A DNA stretch of 64,000 nt from a virus (taxonomy: Duplodnaviria > Caudoviricetes). The stretch is from positions 86,001 through 150,000 of IMG/VR virus record IMGVR_UViG_3300027689_000001. One strand, 5' to 3'. The notes beneath the pieces are model-generated. The model had not been told where the DNA came from. It searched no databases and saw nothing but the letters and a program-made list of their open reading frames with translations. The stretch's first letter is position 1; every line of letters starts with the position of its first letter. A program made the position numbers and the translations under genes. Shown here one piece after another: positions 51,563-62,106 of the stretch.

Positions 51563-53077
51563 TTATTGTCCTTCATCTGGTGGTGGTTGAACTCCAGGTT
51601 CTAATTGAACTGGGTCTGCCGAATTATCTAATTCAATTTGTGCAATATCGTCATCTGTCAGTTTAAGAATATTCTTTTGGATATATACTTTACTGTATAA
51701 CGTACCGATATAATTTGCTACCCCATTAAGAATCTCAACACGAGATTGTATAATTTGCTGCTCTTTAGATTCAGTATAATATGCATCAGTAGCATATTTG
51801 TATTCAATATTGTTTCTGATCAGATTCCAGTCTGCTTCAGTAATAATACCTTTGATAATTAACTGAGTCTTAAGAAGATCATCGAACAGAAGAGAGAAAC
51901 GACGACGAAGTTTAGCAATAAACTTAGTAAACTTCCACTCATCACGGTTAATTTCAGCAGCACGACCGAAGTTTAATCCAGACTGCTGTTGCATTCTTGA
52001 AATTGGAACGTTCAATGCTTGAAATAGTTTCTTCTGGAAGTAATCAATGTCTCCGATTTCACCGAGACTCTGACCACCTGGAAGAGTTTCAATCTGAGTA
52101 CCACGTCCACCTTCGCGGCGAGGCAACCAGAAGTCTTCTAGCATTGACATAAACTTTTTGTCATCGCGAATCTCTCCAGTGTTACCATCATATACCAGTT
52201 TATTTCTATACTGATTCATAATGCCTTGGAGATATTGTTCCGCTTTAATCTTTGGGAGATTACCGACGTCAACATAGAATACGCGACGTTCTGGTGCTCT
52301 CGAAATTCTATAGATTACTGCAGCGTTTTCCATCATGCGCAACTGATTGGCGGGACGGATCGCTTTATGCAGATACGACAATGGAATGTTCTTATCCTGA
52401 TCACTCAGACCAGAAGGAACATAGCAAATCGCATCTCTAGTAACCTTCATTGTTGCAGCAGATCCAGGAGAAGCAGTATGCGCTTTATCTAGAACAATGC
52501 CACGTTCATTATACACAAAGTATTCTTCGATCTTCTTGATGAACTCAACACCTGATTTTTCATCTTTTTCTTTAAAGATCTCACGGACTTTTTTAATCTT
52601 ACGAGGATCGATAAAGCGAACATCGGTAATACCATTTTTAGGTTTTGCCGTATCAATTACTTTGTGGAAATAAATTCTACCATCAATATACCAACGACGA
52701 TAATAGTCTTGTGCTCTCAGATTAAACTCTAATAGATCCAGAATTGTTTCGAACTCTTGTTCAATCTTTTTCTTAATTGGATCAGATAGTTTGACATTAT
52801 CAAGATTAATTTCTACAGGACGCTCATCGTCAAGGTTTGAAATAGAATCATTCACGATATCATCAATGGCAGAATCGACATCTGCCATAAAGGCAATGTC
52901 GCGATACTTTTTAATAAGTTCTGCCTCGGTGTTGGCAGTTCCTTCTAAGTCAAGATAGGTGCCAAAATAACCACCTGCCTTAATGACATCAGAACCTCCA
53001 TCGTCCGTCGGCGGCACAAACGATTTTTCCGTCGGTGCCGCCTTAGATTTTTCAACTTTATAACCAAAAATTTCCAT
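51563..53077 (-). CDS. gp20: Portal protein
   Basis: RWYIDGR, SYLHKAI, IYRISRAPERRVFY-DVGNLPK, EDFWLPRREGGRGT. Confidence 0.98.
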   Translation of the reverse strand: MEIFGYKVEKSKAAPTEKSFVPPTDDGGSDVIKAGGYFGTYLDLEGTANTEAELIKKYRDIAFMADVDSAIDDIVNDSISNLDDERPVEINLDNVKLSDPIKKKIEQEFETILDLLEFNLRAQDYYRRWYIDGRIYFHKVIDTAKPKNGITDVRFIDPRKIKKVREIFKEKDEKSGVEFIKKIEEYFVYNERGIVLDKAHTASPGSAATMKVTRDAICYVPSGLSDQDKNIPLSYLHKAIRPANQLRMMENAAVIYRISRAPERRVFYVDVGNLPKIKAEQYLQGIMNQYRNKLVYDGNTGEIRDDKKFMSMLEDFWLPRREGGRGTQIETLPGGQSLGEIGDIDYFQKKLFQALNVPISRMQQQSGLNFGRAAEINRDEWKFTKFIAKLRRRFSLLFDDLLKTQLIIKGIITEADWNLIRNNIEYKYATDAYYTESKEQQIIQSRVEILNGVANYIGTLYSKVYIQKNILKLTDDDIAQIELDNSADPVQLEPGVQPPPDEGQ

Positions 53078-53099
53078 AATTCAATTTTACTTTATATTA

Positions 53100-53636
53100 T
53101 TACGCAACAGTTTCACCAGGACGTTCACCAGCAAAGGTGGTGTAGTACTGATACTGGAATGTTACTGTGAACTCTTCGACAACATCGTTCTGACCATATT
53201 GCAGAGCAATTTCTGACATATTGATCGGGAATGCATCCACCAGTATGTATGTTTGAAGAGTTTTATCATTGCGATCAAGATGCGCAACTGTAATTTGTGC
53301 TTGGTAATCGCGTGGTGTAGTATTACCTGTGTTAAATTCTAAATTATTCATCAAATTCATCCATCTTTCGATTGGACGACGAAGTGAAAATTCTGTATCG
53401 TTTACAATGGTAATTGTAAATGGGTCGAAGATACGCTCACCAGCGAGTTTAACTTCGCGACCACGATACTGAAGTAGAGTTGGGTTTACGTTAGATGCGG
53501 GAAGTGAAGCACCAGTAACCAAAATAGTCTTTTCTCCAACACCACCAATTAGTGATGGGAAACCAAGTGTTACTTGGAATTGATTTGGTCTTGCACCGCC
53601 AGCACCCAGAAACCCCTTAAATCTTGAAATATCCAT
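53100..53636 (-). CDS. gp19: Tail tube protein
   Basis: GGARPNQF, YRGREVKLAGER, ND-EF, FP, EEFTVTFQY. Confidence 0.95.
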   Translation of the reverse strand: MDISRFKGFLGAGGARPNQFQVTLGFPSLIGGVGEKTILVTGASLPASNVNPTLLQYRGREVKLAGERIFDPFTITIVNDTEFSLRRPIERWMNLMNNLEFNTGNTTPRDYQAQITVAHLDRNDKTLQTYILVDAFPINMSEIALQYGQNDVVEEFTVTFQYQYYTTFAGERPGETVA

Positions 53637-53660
53637 ATTAGATTCTCCTAATCTTTTTCT

Positions 53661-53668
53661 TATTTATA
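53661..53668 (-). promoter_or_regulatory. gp55-dependent late promoter
   Basis: Exact TATAAATA upstream of gp19. Confidence 0.8.
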
Positions 53669-53671
53669 GGG

Positions 53672-55357
53672 TTATGCGCCGACTTCTTCAAACGAAATCG
53701 AAGTTCTCGTAGCGATGAAATTCAATTTGACGAAGTTAATCGATTTTGCTGGTTTGATAAAGATGTCAGCAACGAATTCGTTACGGTCAACTACTTCGCC
53801 AGTGTTATTCGTTTCGTCGCAAACCACACGGAAGTCAAAGATACCACGACGACCGCGAACATCGCGGAGGAATGGTTCTACAATCGACTTGAACTGAGCG
53901 CGAGTGAACACGTCATTGAATTCGAACAACTGGAATTTAGCAGCAGTCGAAATTGCTTTTTCAAGAACGATAAACAGACGACGAACATTGATACGATCAA
54001 ACGCTGATGGTTTCGCAATAAGTGTCTTGTCACCATAGAGAACAATACCATTTCCTGGAAGATTAGCAACAGGGTTGATACCATTCTTATAAAGTTCGTC
54101 ACGCTCTGCTTGGTTTGGAGTCCAAAGAAGTTTAACAACGTTCTTAATCGCACCACGAGTTAGACCAGCAGGTGAGAACCAAGGATCATTGGTATTGTCA
54201 GTACGAGCACAAAGACCAGCGATGTCAGGGTTCAAAGGAACGTTGACATATACGTCATTGTAACGATCGTATTGACGCTTCCAACCCGAGTCGGCAACAA
54301 CATATGAACTAAAACGATTTAGATCTGTTTTAAAGTAATCAACGACATCTGTGATCTCGTCGCCTGCATTGTTCTTAACATCAGCAAGAGCAGGGGAAAC
54401 AAACGTAACGCAATCTTGGCGACCAAGTGAAAGTGTATCAATCGCATACTGTTGAACAGCAGCAACATGACCACCAGTAATTACCAGAGAGATATCTACT
54501 TGTTCTTTATCAACAAACAGTGCATATCCAGCAGTAAGATTGCCAGTTGCAGGAGTAGCATCAACACCACCCACGAAGGTGGACGTATGCTCACCTGTAG
54601 CAGTAATAAAGTGATAAGCGCCAGCACTGGCAGCAGATCCCCAACCTTTTGCTGCACCAGCATTGTCTGGATGTTTTAACCACCAAGCATACCTTGACTG
54701 GGCATTGATTACATTTTTATAATAGATTGATCCGCCATCACTACCTTTTGCATCAGAAGCAACTGATAAGTTTGCGAACTTCTCAAGAACTGTTCCTGCA
54801 GTTCCAGTAAACTTTCCAAGACCGTCGACTACAATTACGTGAACTTCATCTAATGATGCGCCCAGAGCAGCAGCATAAGTAGAAGTTGCTGGGGCTCCAG
54901 CAAATCCCGAAGCATAATCCCATGTATCAAATCCTGTTGAGTCACAGAGTGAAACAATGAGACCGTTGCCTTTTGACCCAGGATATTTTGCAGCATAATG
55001 TGCAGTTTGAGAACCATCACTGAAACTGTTTTCATAGACGTCTTCGTTTGGAATATAAAGTGCATGACCCGCAGCGCCAGTAGCGTTTCTTGCTGCTGTT
55101 CCACATGCGCGAACGAGTTTGAGGTTGTTGGTATATGCGAGGTAGTTTGCAGCAGAATAGAAGTCTACTACATTGGTTGAGGTTGGTCCACCAAACTTGA
55201 GTACAAGTTCGTTCTCGGATGCAACAGTAACGATTTCTTCCGCTGGTCCCCAATTGAAATTACCTACAAATGCGCCAACAGAAGTCGAAACTGCTGGGAC
55301 AACATTAGTAAGGTCTTGTTCTGTAACTAGGACTCCAGGCGATAACTGAAAAGCCAT
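53672..55357 (-). CDS. gp18: Contractile tail sheath protein
   Basis: SPGV, WFSPAG-RG, GDKT, FDRINVRRLF, FEFND-FTR, IKPAKSINF. Confidence 0.98.
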   Translation of the reverse strand: MAFQLSPGVLVTEQDLTNVVPAVSTSVGAFVGNFNWGPAEEIVTVASENELVLKFGGPTSTNVVDFYSAANYLAYTNNLKLVRACGTAARNATGAAGHALYIPNEDVYENSFSDGSQTAHYAAKYPGSKGNGLIVSLCDSTGFDTWDYASGFAGAPATSTYAAALGASLDEVHVIVVDGLGKFTGTAGTVLEKFANLSVASDAKGSDGGSIYYKNVINAQSRYAWWLKHPDNAGAAKGWGSAASAGAYHFITATGEHTSTFVGGVDATPATGNLTAGYALFVDKEQVDISLVITGGHVAAVQQYAIDTLSLGRQDCVTFVSPALADVKNNAGDEITDVVDYFKTDLNRFSSYVVADSGWKRQYDRYNDVYVNVPLNPDIAGLCARTDNTNDPWFSPAGLTRGAIKNVVKLLWTPNQAERDELYKNGINPVANLPGNGIVLYGDKTLIAKPSAFDRINVRRLFIVLEKAISTAAKFQLFEFNDVFTRAQFKSIVEPFLRDVRGRRGIFDFRVVCDETNNTGEVVDRNEFVADIFIKPAKSINFVKLNFIATRTSISFEEVGA

Positions 55358-55403
55358 GTTTTTATTCTCCTTGTGTTAAAATGATCAGTTTCATCTTGTT
55401 TCT

Positions 55404-55411
55404 TATTTATA
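55404..55411 (-). promoter_or_regulatory. gp55-dependent late promoter
   Basis: Exact TATAAATA upstream of gp18. Confidence 0.8.
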
Positions 55412-55427
55412 ACTCGTGTATTTTGTG

Positions 55428-57053
55428 TTATCGATACGTCGTATCGACTTTCCAATAATCACCCCCAGCAATAAACGCTTCTTCTTCTCGTCCACTAACA
55501 ATAATACCAAAGGGAGTAAGTTCTTCTTCAATTTGTCTCATTTGGGTGTCATATAATTTTTCACGAATATCTATATCAGTCAAGTCTTTAAAATAAGTAT
55601 TTGTGGTTAACCATCCGAACAGTACTAGACACATTGCTAAGTCGTCATGATAACCTTCGTCTGCTTGATACGATCCTGCTTTTTCAATAAACGTTGACAA
55701 TTCACTGATGGTATCAGCATCAAAAATTTGTAGTTTCATTTCTTCTAATAACGACTTAAACGTAAAACAACCCTGTCGTTTGACCTGCTTTGACATTTTG
55801 ACACCAAAGGTTGTCGTTCTGCCAAATCCAGGAGACAAGTATTGTTTGTTCGCATCTCGAGCAGTGGTAAGAATATTATCATATTCTAAGTCGCTGTGTA
55901 AAATATCAGCGACTTGCTGCCCAATATCATTAACTTCAATCAATACGTGTGCGGAATTATAATCTCTCGCTACTTTATTTATAATATTAGGAAACAGCAG
56001 CGGAGCAATCTTATTATCACGATACTTCGCTACCATTTTATACGGAACAGTAGTAACGTCGATTACCACTGCAGTGGAGTAGTCTCCCCCAATACCTCTA
56101 GCAGTATCAACCGTCATTGCATATGCTCGGTCTGGCATAGGTTCTTCGAAGATATCCAGTCCATCCTTGGTATAGACTGGATCAATAGAACTCATATTAG
56201 CGAGAGTTTTGGAGTTAATAAGTGTATTGCTCGAACCGAGGAAGTTACACATAACTTCTTGATTGAATTTCAATTCACCAAGTAGTCTTAGTTGTTCTTC
56301 TGCCCATGCGTCATCGCGTCCTGGAATTTCAGTGTATGGAATGAACATAGGCACAAAACCATTTGCACCTTTTTCTGCTTCGTTCCAGAATTTCCAGAAG
56401 TGGTTATATCCCAGAGGTGTTGAGGTCAGAAGGATCTTAGTCGTTTGACCAGCAGAAATTGTAGGATAAACTGAAGCGAAGAACTGCTCAGCAACTGTGT
56501 TTGGAATAATTGCCGCTTCGTCGATATACAACCAGTTAACAGACTTACCACGAATACCACTGGTAGTTGTCGCGGAGGTAAATACTTTCGATCCGTTTTC
56601 TAATTCAATGTCACCCTTGTTCCAAGTCTTTACACCTTGTTGCATCCAGAGCGGCAAGTTTTCATACATGCCTTGATAACGAGACATAACTTCTCTGGCA
56701 GCAGAGGTTTTGTTTGCCATTATAGCAACAGTTTTGGATTCTTGGAAAAGTGTATACCAGAGGATACACGCAGCGGAAGTAATAGTCTTACCTTGCTGAC
56801 GACCCTCCATAAGAATCGCTTTACGATTGTCCAGAATATGAGCGACTTTGCGCTTCTGGCAATCATAGAGTTTGAATAACTGAAGACCGTGATCGAGAGT
56901 AACGATTTGACAATAGTTCTCAATAAAGTAAATAGGATCCTCTTGGCACAACTCGAGTTCGGCCAATTGCTCCATTGTAAAACTATGTTTGTGCCCGATC
57001 GGTTTTAAATTAATATTACCGTGGTATGAGGATTCTTCTTCATTCATGGTCAA
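55428..57053 (-). CDS. gp17: Terminase large subunit
   Basis: RQQGKT, YIDEAA, TSTPLGYNHF, VDTARG-GGDYS, HDDLAM. Confidence 0.98.
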   Translation of the reverse strand: MTMNEEESSYHGNINLKPIGHKHSFTMEQLAELELCQEDPIYFIENYCQIVTLDHGLQLFKLYDCQKRKVAHILDNRKAILMEGRQQGKTITSAACILWYTLFQESKTVAIMANKTSAAREVMSRYQGMYENLPLWMQQGVKTWNKGDIELENGSKVFTSATTTSGIRGKSVNWLYIDEAAIIPNTVAEQFFASVYPTISAGQTTKILLTSTPLGYNHFWKFWNEAEKGANGFVPMFIPYTEIPGRDDAWAEEQLRLLGELKFNQEVMCNFLGSSNTLINSKTLANMSSIDPVYTKDGLDIFEEPMPDRAYAMTVDTARGIGGDYSTAVVIDVTTVPYKMVAKYRDNKIAPLLFPNIINKVARDYNSAHVLIEVNDIGQQVADILHSDLEYDNILTTARDANKQYLSPGFGRTTTFGVKMSKQVKRQGCFTFKSLLEEMKLQIFDADTISELSTFIEKAGSYQADEGYHDDLAMCLVLFGWLTTNTYFKDLTDIDIREKLYDTQMRQIEEELTPFGIIVSGREEEAFIAGGDYWKVDTTYR

Positions 57054-57495
57054 TTATTTTTGCCTTCTCTGCCTTTAATGCTTTCAAAAGATCTGATGTG
57101 GATCCAGCAAAGACAATATTATTCTGGGTCTCGATATTACCCTTTGACGGTTGCTCTTCGCGCAATTTCTTTTTCCTTGCCTGAAGATCTAATAGATCTT
57201 TGGCAGTGTCGCCTGTGGTTTTAATCAACTGCCCAACAACTTCATAGGCACGAGGACTGTCGCTGGCAAGAGCAACACCTAGCATTCCATCGAGTGCTTG
57301 TTGACTTTTGTCGATAAGAGTATTAAGTTTCCGACGAGCAATTTGATAATCGTCTTCGATATCGTCACCCGTGGGTATGTACGCAACGGGAACTTGAATT
57401 GGTTGAGCAGGTGGGATGACTACTGCGGTAGATATTGGCGCAGACTGAGTCCCAAAAATCTCATCTAGTTTTTCATAGTTATTCGAAGAACTCAT
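57040..57495 (-). CDS. gp16: Terminase small subunit
   Basis: DDYQIAR, SDSPRAYEVVGQLIK, FAGSTSDL; start ATG 57495. Confidence 0.93.
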   Translation of the reverse strand: MSSSNNYEKLDEIFGTQSAPISTAVVIPPAQPIQVPVAYIPTGDDIEDDYQIARRKLNTLIDKSQQALDGMLGVALASDSPRAYEVVGQLIKTTGDTAKDLLDLQARKKKLREEQPSKGNIETQNNIVFAGSTSDLLKALKAEKAKIIDHE

Positions 57496-58252
57496 CAAAT
57501 GTCTCCACATAGTCCCACGCACCAATTTCTGGTGTTACGTCGGAAGGTGTTGTTGTCACTGTATATCTTTGTCCATTGTTGATATCAACCGTATCATTTG
57601 CGTAGGTATTTGCAATTGCAGTTCTAATGATACCTTGTAGTTCGACTGGTCCATAGAAATTCAATCCAAGTTTGAAATTCAAAGTCCAGATAACTGACTG
57701 TCTCTGAGTATAATCGCCTTCGTATTGATCTTCATAATCGATTCCCTCCATCGTTATTTGCAAGTCGCGCTTAATACCCATCTCGGGAACATCATTAATT
57801 GTAACACAAAAATCTGGATTGAAGAATGGTAGAATCTGTTCAATAATTTGCAATCCATCATCTTGGTTCTTTGCGAAAACGTAAAGAGAAATCGACATGT
57901 CATATGGAGTGCTTGTAAACTGACTGCGCAACTTATTTGTATCGTCGCCTGAACCTACTGCAATGTTTTTTGTCAGCACGTTAATCTTACGAGTTGGATT
58001 GTAATTGAGTCCAGTGATTTCAAACCCAATTCTTGGTAGTGTAATTGCTGTGCTTGCTGGATCGGTTGTAGGAATCGAGGCAATACGAGCAAGAAATTTC
58101 TGCTTAGTTGAATATGCCAGCGGAACACGCAGACTCTGCACATATTCTCCTTCAGAGTTTTTGCGCTGGACAACAATGTTGTTGAAGATGGTACCAAAGG
58201 CAATAATCGCTTTACGAATATGCGAGTGATAGAAAAATTTACCTGCGAACAT
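57479..58252 (-). CDS. gp15: Tail sheath terminator / stabiliser
   Basis: FYH-IRK-IIAFG-IFNNI, VPLAY, LPR, QIIEQILPFF. Confidence 0.95.
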   Translation of the reverse strand: MFAGKFFYHSHIRKAIIAFGTIFNNIVVQRKNSEGEYVQSLRVPLAYSTKQKFLARIASIPTTDPASTAITLPRIGFEITGLNYNPTRKINVLTKNIAVGSGDDTNKLRSQFTSTPYDMSISLYVFAKNQDDGLQIIEQILPFFNPDFCVTINDVPEMGIKRDLQITMEGIDYEDQYEGDYTQRQSVIWTLNFKLGLNFYGPVELQGIIRTAIANTYANDTVDINNGQRYTVTTTPSDVTPEIGAWDYVETFDEFFE

Positions 58253-59004
58253 TAGTTCCTCACCAACACTTCACCGAATGGATTGATAGACGTAAAGTCT
58301 ATAATTCCATCTGCGTATGCAATATCATCAAAGTCTTCATTGTTTGCCAGTGGATCAATTTCGGATATAGAATATCCTGCCAAGATCAGAGAATCACCAG
58401 AGTCTAACAATAGATTTCCACTACCTTCTAGCAAGAACTGGTATGCATACTGATCTTCTGACTTATCATCGATAACATCGATTTCTGCATTCCCAGTAAT
58501 AAATCTCTCAGAACTATATTCAAAGACTTCACACTTCAGTTTGAATATGTTAATCTTACCGAGTTGATAGAACGGATTAAGAAAGTCAACATACTTAATT
58601 TCAAAGAACGTCTTGGTCTTTGGAAAATAAAGAATATCGCCTTCTGATGGTCTTGTTTCCAGTTGCAGATCGTCAGCGTTATTCGCTACAGATTCTTCCC
58701 AGCGTCTCTTAGAAACTACGAAGGTTGCTGATGCTCTAAACTCAAACCCGAACTTAGTGAACAGATCGCCTTCGCCCTCAAAACCTTCTACGTTCTCTAG
58801 ATACATTTCCAGAGGATAGAATTGACTGAAGTATGATAGAGGATCTTCGCCGAAAATTGGATCTTGGTTAGCAATAGTTCTTGGAAGATAGTAAACGTCG
58901 TGTCCATAAATCTTAAGACTTTCAATGACAAGATCCTCCACCAAACGCTGTTCGTTTGTTGTTCCCGAGGTATTGCCAGATTGAAAGTAAAAATTCGTTG
59001 GCAT
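58252..59004 (-). CDS. gp14: Neck protein
   Basis: EQRLVEDL-IES-KIYG, YLPR, EGDILYFP, FYQLGK, FEYS, NPFGE. Confidence 0.95.
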   Translation of the reverse strand: MPTNFYFQSGNTSGTTNEQRLVEDLVIESLKIYGHDVYYLPRTIANQDPIFGEDPLSYFSQFYPLEMYLENVEGFEGEGDLFTKFGFEFRASATFVVSKRRWEESVANNADDLQLETRPSEGDILYFPKTKTFFEIKYVDFLNPFYQLGKINIFKLKCEVFEYSSERFITGNAEIDVIDDKSEDQYAYQFLLEGSGNLLLDSGDSLILAGYSISEIDPLANNEDFDDIAYADGIIDFTSINPFGEVLVRN

Positions 59005-59007
59005 CTC

Positions 59008-59976
59008 TTATCCTGTATAAAAATCGACAGGGAGTTCCGACTTCAATTGCATTTCAGATTCGATTTGTTTAATCTCATCGACTGCTTCATCATAAACTTG
59101 TTGACCATTAAGAGTAACACCACCTGGAAGTTGGATTCCTCCAAACTTCTTCATGTTCTCACCCCATTGACGTTTGATCAATGCAGTGGTATACATCTTT
59201 AAGAACATGTCGTTATAGACTTTAGTATATTCTGTTGGATCTAAAATGCGATAGCATTCAACAATAATGTAATCACCGACTTGGAAAGTTTCGCTCCAAT
59301 TTACATCGATGTAAAGTTTATCTGTTTTTCTGTTAAACCTAATCGAACGCATTCCAGGAAAAATCTGGTCATACATTTGCAAAGTTGTTTTAACTTGTGC
59401 GTAATAGATAAGGTCTGCTGCCAAAAGATTATACATGTCGTTAAGTCTAAACTGATAGACCAAGTTGAACATGTTATTTGGATTTTCCATACCATCGCTC
59501 GGAGCATTAAAATTGAACATCTTGATGATACCAATTACTGCGTCTGGAATGGGAATATACTGGTTATCTAAATCCCCAGCAGTATAAAACAGAGAAGATG
59601 CAAGCGTACGAGTAAATCCAGAAATCTCTCCAGTTACGTTTTCACTTGCTTGGAATACACCAGATGTCGCACCAACTGTAGCAGTTGTGCCACTTAATGA
59701 AACTAAAGTACAAGATGCACCTGATGTTCCACCAACGAGTTTTTCGCCGAGATTAAATGACGGGGAACTTAGTCCGCTGAATTTAAGAGTGTTGCCTGTA
59801 ATTTGGTGCTTCAGATAAGTTCTCTCGACACCATCGAAATGATATTCTTGAAAATACTGCAATGCATCATCAACGCGATCAGAAACCTGATCTTCGTCTA
59901 CGTTGATTTCAATTACTGGGAACCCTAGTCTGCGGAGACAGTAATCTATTAATGTTTGTCTCGTAGAAATCGTCAT
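59008..59976 (-). CDS. gp13: Neck protein
   Basis: YCLRRLG-PVIEINV, YHFDG, KRQWG-N-KKF, LPGGVTLNG; contains an inserted beta domain. Confidence 0.95.
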   Translation of the reverse strand: MTISTRQTLIDYCLRRLGFPVIEINVDEDQVSDRVDDALQYFQEYHFDGVERTYLKHQITGNTLKFSGLSSPSFNLGEKLVGGTSGASCTLVSLSGTTATVGATSGVFQASENVTGEISGFTRTLASSLFYTAGDLDNQYIPIPDAVIGIIKMFNFNAPSDGMENPNNMFNLVYQFRLNDMYNLLAADLIYYAQVKTTLQMYDQIFPGMRSIRFNRKTDKLYIDVNWSETFQVGDYIIVECYRILDPTEYTKVYNDMFLKMYTTALIKRQWGENMKKFGGIQLPGGVTLNGQQVYDEAVDEIKQIESEMQLKSELPVDFYTG

Positions 59977-59995
59977 ATCATGTCCTCTTTAGGAC

Positions 59996-60003
59996 TATTT
60001 ATA
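59996..60003 (-). promoter_or_regulatory. gp55-dependent late promoter
   Basis: Exact TATAAATA upstream of gp13. Confidence 0.8.
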
Positions 60004-60004
60004 A

Positions 60005-60424
60005 TTACCAAGAAGAGAGCGCAATTCTTTTCCAAGTATCGGTTGCAACACAGATGTAGAGATAATTGGTATCAATTGCAATAGTATTTACTATTCCAGT
60101 TGATGTGGATGAAGCAGGCACACCGACAGATTCAACGTACATGCTAATATCACCAAGACTTTTTGATGCAGAAGATTCAGTCTCCACACCACCTAAATTT
60201 AACGTGGTATCCACATTTTGTGTAATTAAACCAAAATCTTGGTTTGATGAGAGATAATAATCGTCTGGTAAATTGCTACCAATTTCTATAATACTACCAT
60301 CAGTTTTTTTCGAGTATAATATTCCATCTGCTAAATTTACTGCAAGTTCTCCCACTGCAATATCACCCACAGAAGGTATTGCATTGGCAGTTTCACTTCT
60401 TTTGATTTGAACAATTGTTCCCAT
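60005..60424 (-). CDS. Small fibre/adaptor structural protein
   Basis: N-terminal VQIKRS...GELAVNL-D..YSKKTDG domain, DFGLIT motif, C-terminal NYLYICVATDTWKR. Confidence 0.7.
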   Translation of the reverse strand: MGTIVQIKRSETANAIPSVGDIAVGELAVNLADGILYSKKTDGSIIEIGSNLPDDYYLSSNQDFGLITQNVDTTLNLGGVETESSASKSLGDISMYVESVGVPASSTSTGIVNTIAIDTNYLYICVATDTWKRIALSSW

Positions 60425-61878
60425 TAGTTAAGCAGAGTCCCAGCGGAATCAAAAATTGCAACACGGGCGATAGAATACCACTGTGTAGATGATGATGCCA
60501 TTATTTCAATTGAACCATTTGCTGCGACCTGAATTGCTGCGTTTGCTGATAATGCGTCGATTGTTCCGCCAGTTGCTGGATAGATGCTAAGAGTGTTTGC
60601 ACCCTTGTTAACAATTACAATTCTACGTCCTGCAGTGGCAGTTGGGAGTCTAACTCCAGTAGATGCAGCAACTGTAGTAACTACGTTATAATCTACAGTT
60701 AAAGCAGTAGCACCCGCTTGAGTCGAACCAGCAGCGGAAACTGCATTATTATTATCTACAACCGCACCATTCAGTGCTGGTGTCGTTAATGTTTTATTGG
60801 TTAGAGTCTGGGTTGCGGTAGTGCCAACAACTGGAATGTAGTTAGTTCCGTCTACTGTATATTCCCAAACATCGGTAGTTTCATTCCATTGAAGAGCAAC
60901 GTTAGTGGAAGTACCACGTTCTACTTCGATACCAGCATTTTGTGAAGGAGTTCCTGCTTCATTACTATTTAAAGTAATAACATTATCAGCAAGATTGATT
61001 GTTTCGGTATTAACAGTAGTGGTGGTTCCAGAAACCGTGAGATCGCCAGCAACAGTTAGAGCATTATTAACAGTAGTTGTGCCAGTGGCCGCACCGATAG
61101 AAAGAGTAGTTGCCGCACCAGCAAAGTTTACTGTAGTCGCTGTAGTATTAACTAGTGCAAAGGTTGTGCTTGGGGTAGTTAATGATGTTGTAATTGCAGG
61201 ACTTGTGCCAAATACCAACGCACCTGAACCAGTTTCATCACTGATTACACCAAGAAGTTCTGAAGAAGAAGTCGCAGCGAAAGCACTTAGTTTATCTGCA
61301 GTATAAGCAACTGTACCACCAGCACCAAACGCAACAGAAGAAGCATCAGTACCAGTGAGCGTTAATGTATTACTTGCGGTTAATGTTTTTCCATCAGCAA
61401 CAGTTAAAGTTGACCCAGTTGCAGGAGCTGTAAATGTTACTTTGTTAATTGTAGTAGCACTTGCTACACCAAGAGTTGGCGTTACAAACGTTGGACTTGT
61501 GGTAAACGCAACCGTATTACTACCACTTTCGTCAGTAAGGGCAGATGCAAGGTTAGCACTAGAGGGTGTTGCTAAAAACGTTGCTACACCAGTACCAAGT
61601 CCAGAAACACCAGTCGAGATCGGAAGACCTGTGCAACTTGTTAGTGTTCCAGATGCTGGAGTACCAAGAGCAGGTGTTGTTAGTGTTGGACTGGTAAGTG
61701 TCTTGTTAGTTAGAGTCTGAGTCGCTGCTAAAGATACGAGTTCGAATCCTCCTACAGTCGTGCCATCATGAACTACTACAGTATCTTTTGTTGTATTGAC
61801 GGTAACTTCGCCCTCGGCACCAGTAAAGGTTGAGTGCTGAACAGTAGTCCCTCTTCTAAGTTGTAAAATCGTTGCCAT
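60424..61878 (-). CDS. Fibre protein with an Mtd-N-like N-terminal domain
   Basis: LQLRRGTT-QH-FTGAEGEVTV-T...VHDG-T-GG; TQTLTNKTL repeats; GDLTVSGTTTTVN; AGIEVERG. Confidence 0.8.
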   Translation of the reverse strand: MATILQLRRGTTVQHSTFTGAEGEVTVNTTKDTVVVHDGTTVGGFELVSLAATQTLTNKTLTSPTLTTPALGTPASGTLTSCTGLPISTGVSGLGTGVATFLATPSSANLASALTDESGSNTVAFTTSPTFVTPTLGVASATTINKVTFTAPATGSTLTVADGKTLTASNTLTLTGTDASSVAFGAGGTVAYTADKLSAFAATSSSELLGVISDETGSGALVFGTSPAITTSLTTPSTTFALVNTTATTVNFAGAATTLSIGAATGTTTVNNALTVAGDLTVSGTTTTVNTETINLADNVITLNSNEAGTPSQNAGIEVERGTSTNVALQWNETTDVWEYTVDGTNYIPVVGTTATQTLTNKTLTTPALNGAVVDNNNAVSAAGSTQAGATALTVDYNVVTTVAASTGVRLPTATAGRRIVIVNKGANTLSIYPATGGTIDALSANAAIQVAANGSIEIMASSSTQWYSIARVAIFDSAGTLLN

Positions 61879-61902
61879 TTTTATCTCCTAATCCCATCCT
61901 AT

Positions 61903-62106
61903 TTAGGTATATGTTCCACCATTAATAATGGCACCGTCTTTTATATTTGTCAGAGTGGTTTTCAACAACTCGTGGCCACCAGCAGTTGATCCATCATGCA
62001 CCCTTATCGTATTGTTTGTGGTGTCCACAGTGATTTCTGCTTCAGCCCCAGTAAAGGTATTGTGCTGAGTAGAAGTACCTCTTCTTAGCTTGACTCTTGC
62101 TGCCAT
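61903..62106 (-). CDS. Stand-alone Mtd-N-like domain protein
   Basis: VKLRRGTS-QH-FTGAEAEITVDT...VHDGSTAGG, ending INGGTYT. Confidence 0.75.
   Translation of the reverse strand: MAARVKLRRGTSTQHNTFTGAEAEITVDTTNNTIRVHDGSTAGGHELLKTTLTNIKDGAIINGGTYT

Noticed and set aside
21010-57053. Introns, inteins or stop-codon recoding in core genes (gp41, gp43, gp46, uvsW, gp17, gp20)
   Set aside because: All are uninterrupted and of ordinary length under the standard code.
60424-62106. Diversity-generating retroelement suggested by Mtd-N-like domains
   Set aside because: No reverse transcriptase or template/variable repeat pair differing at adenines is visible in this window.
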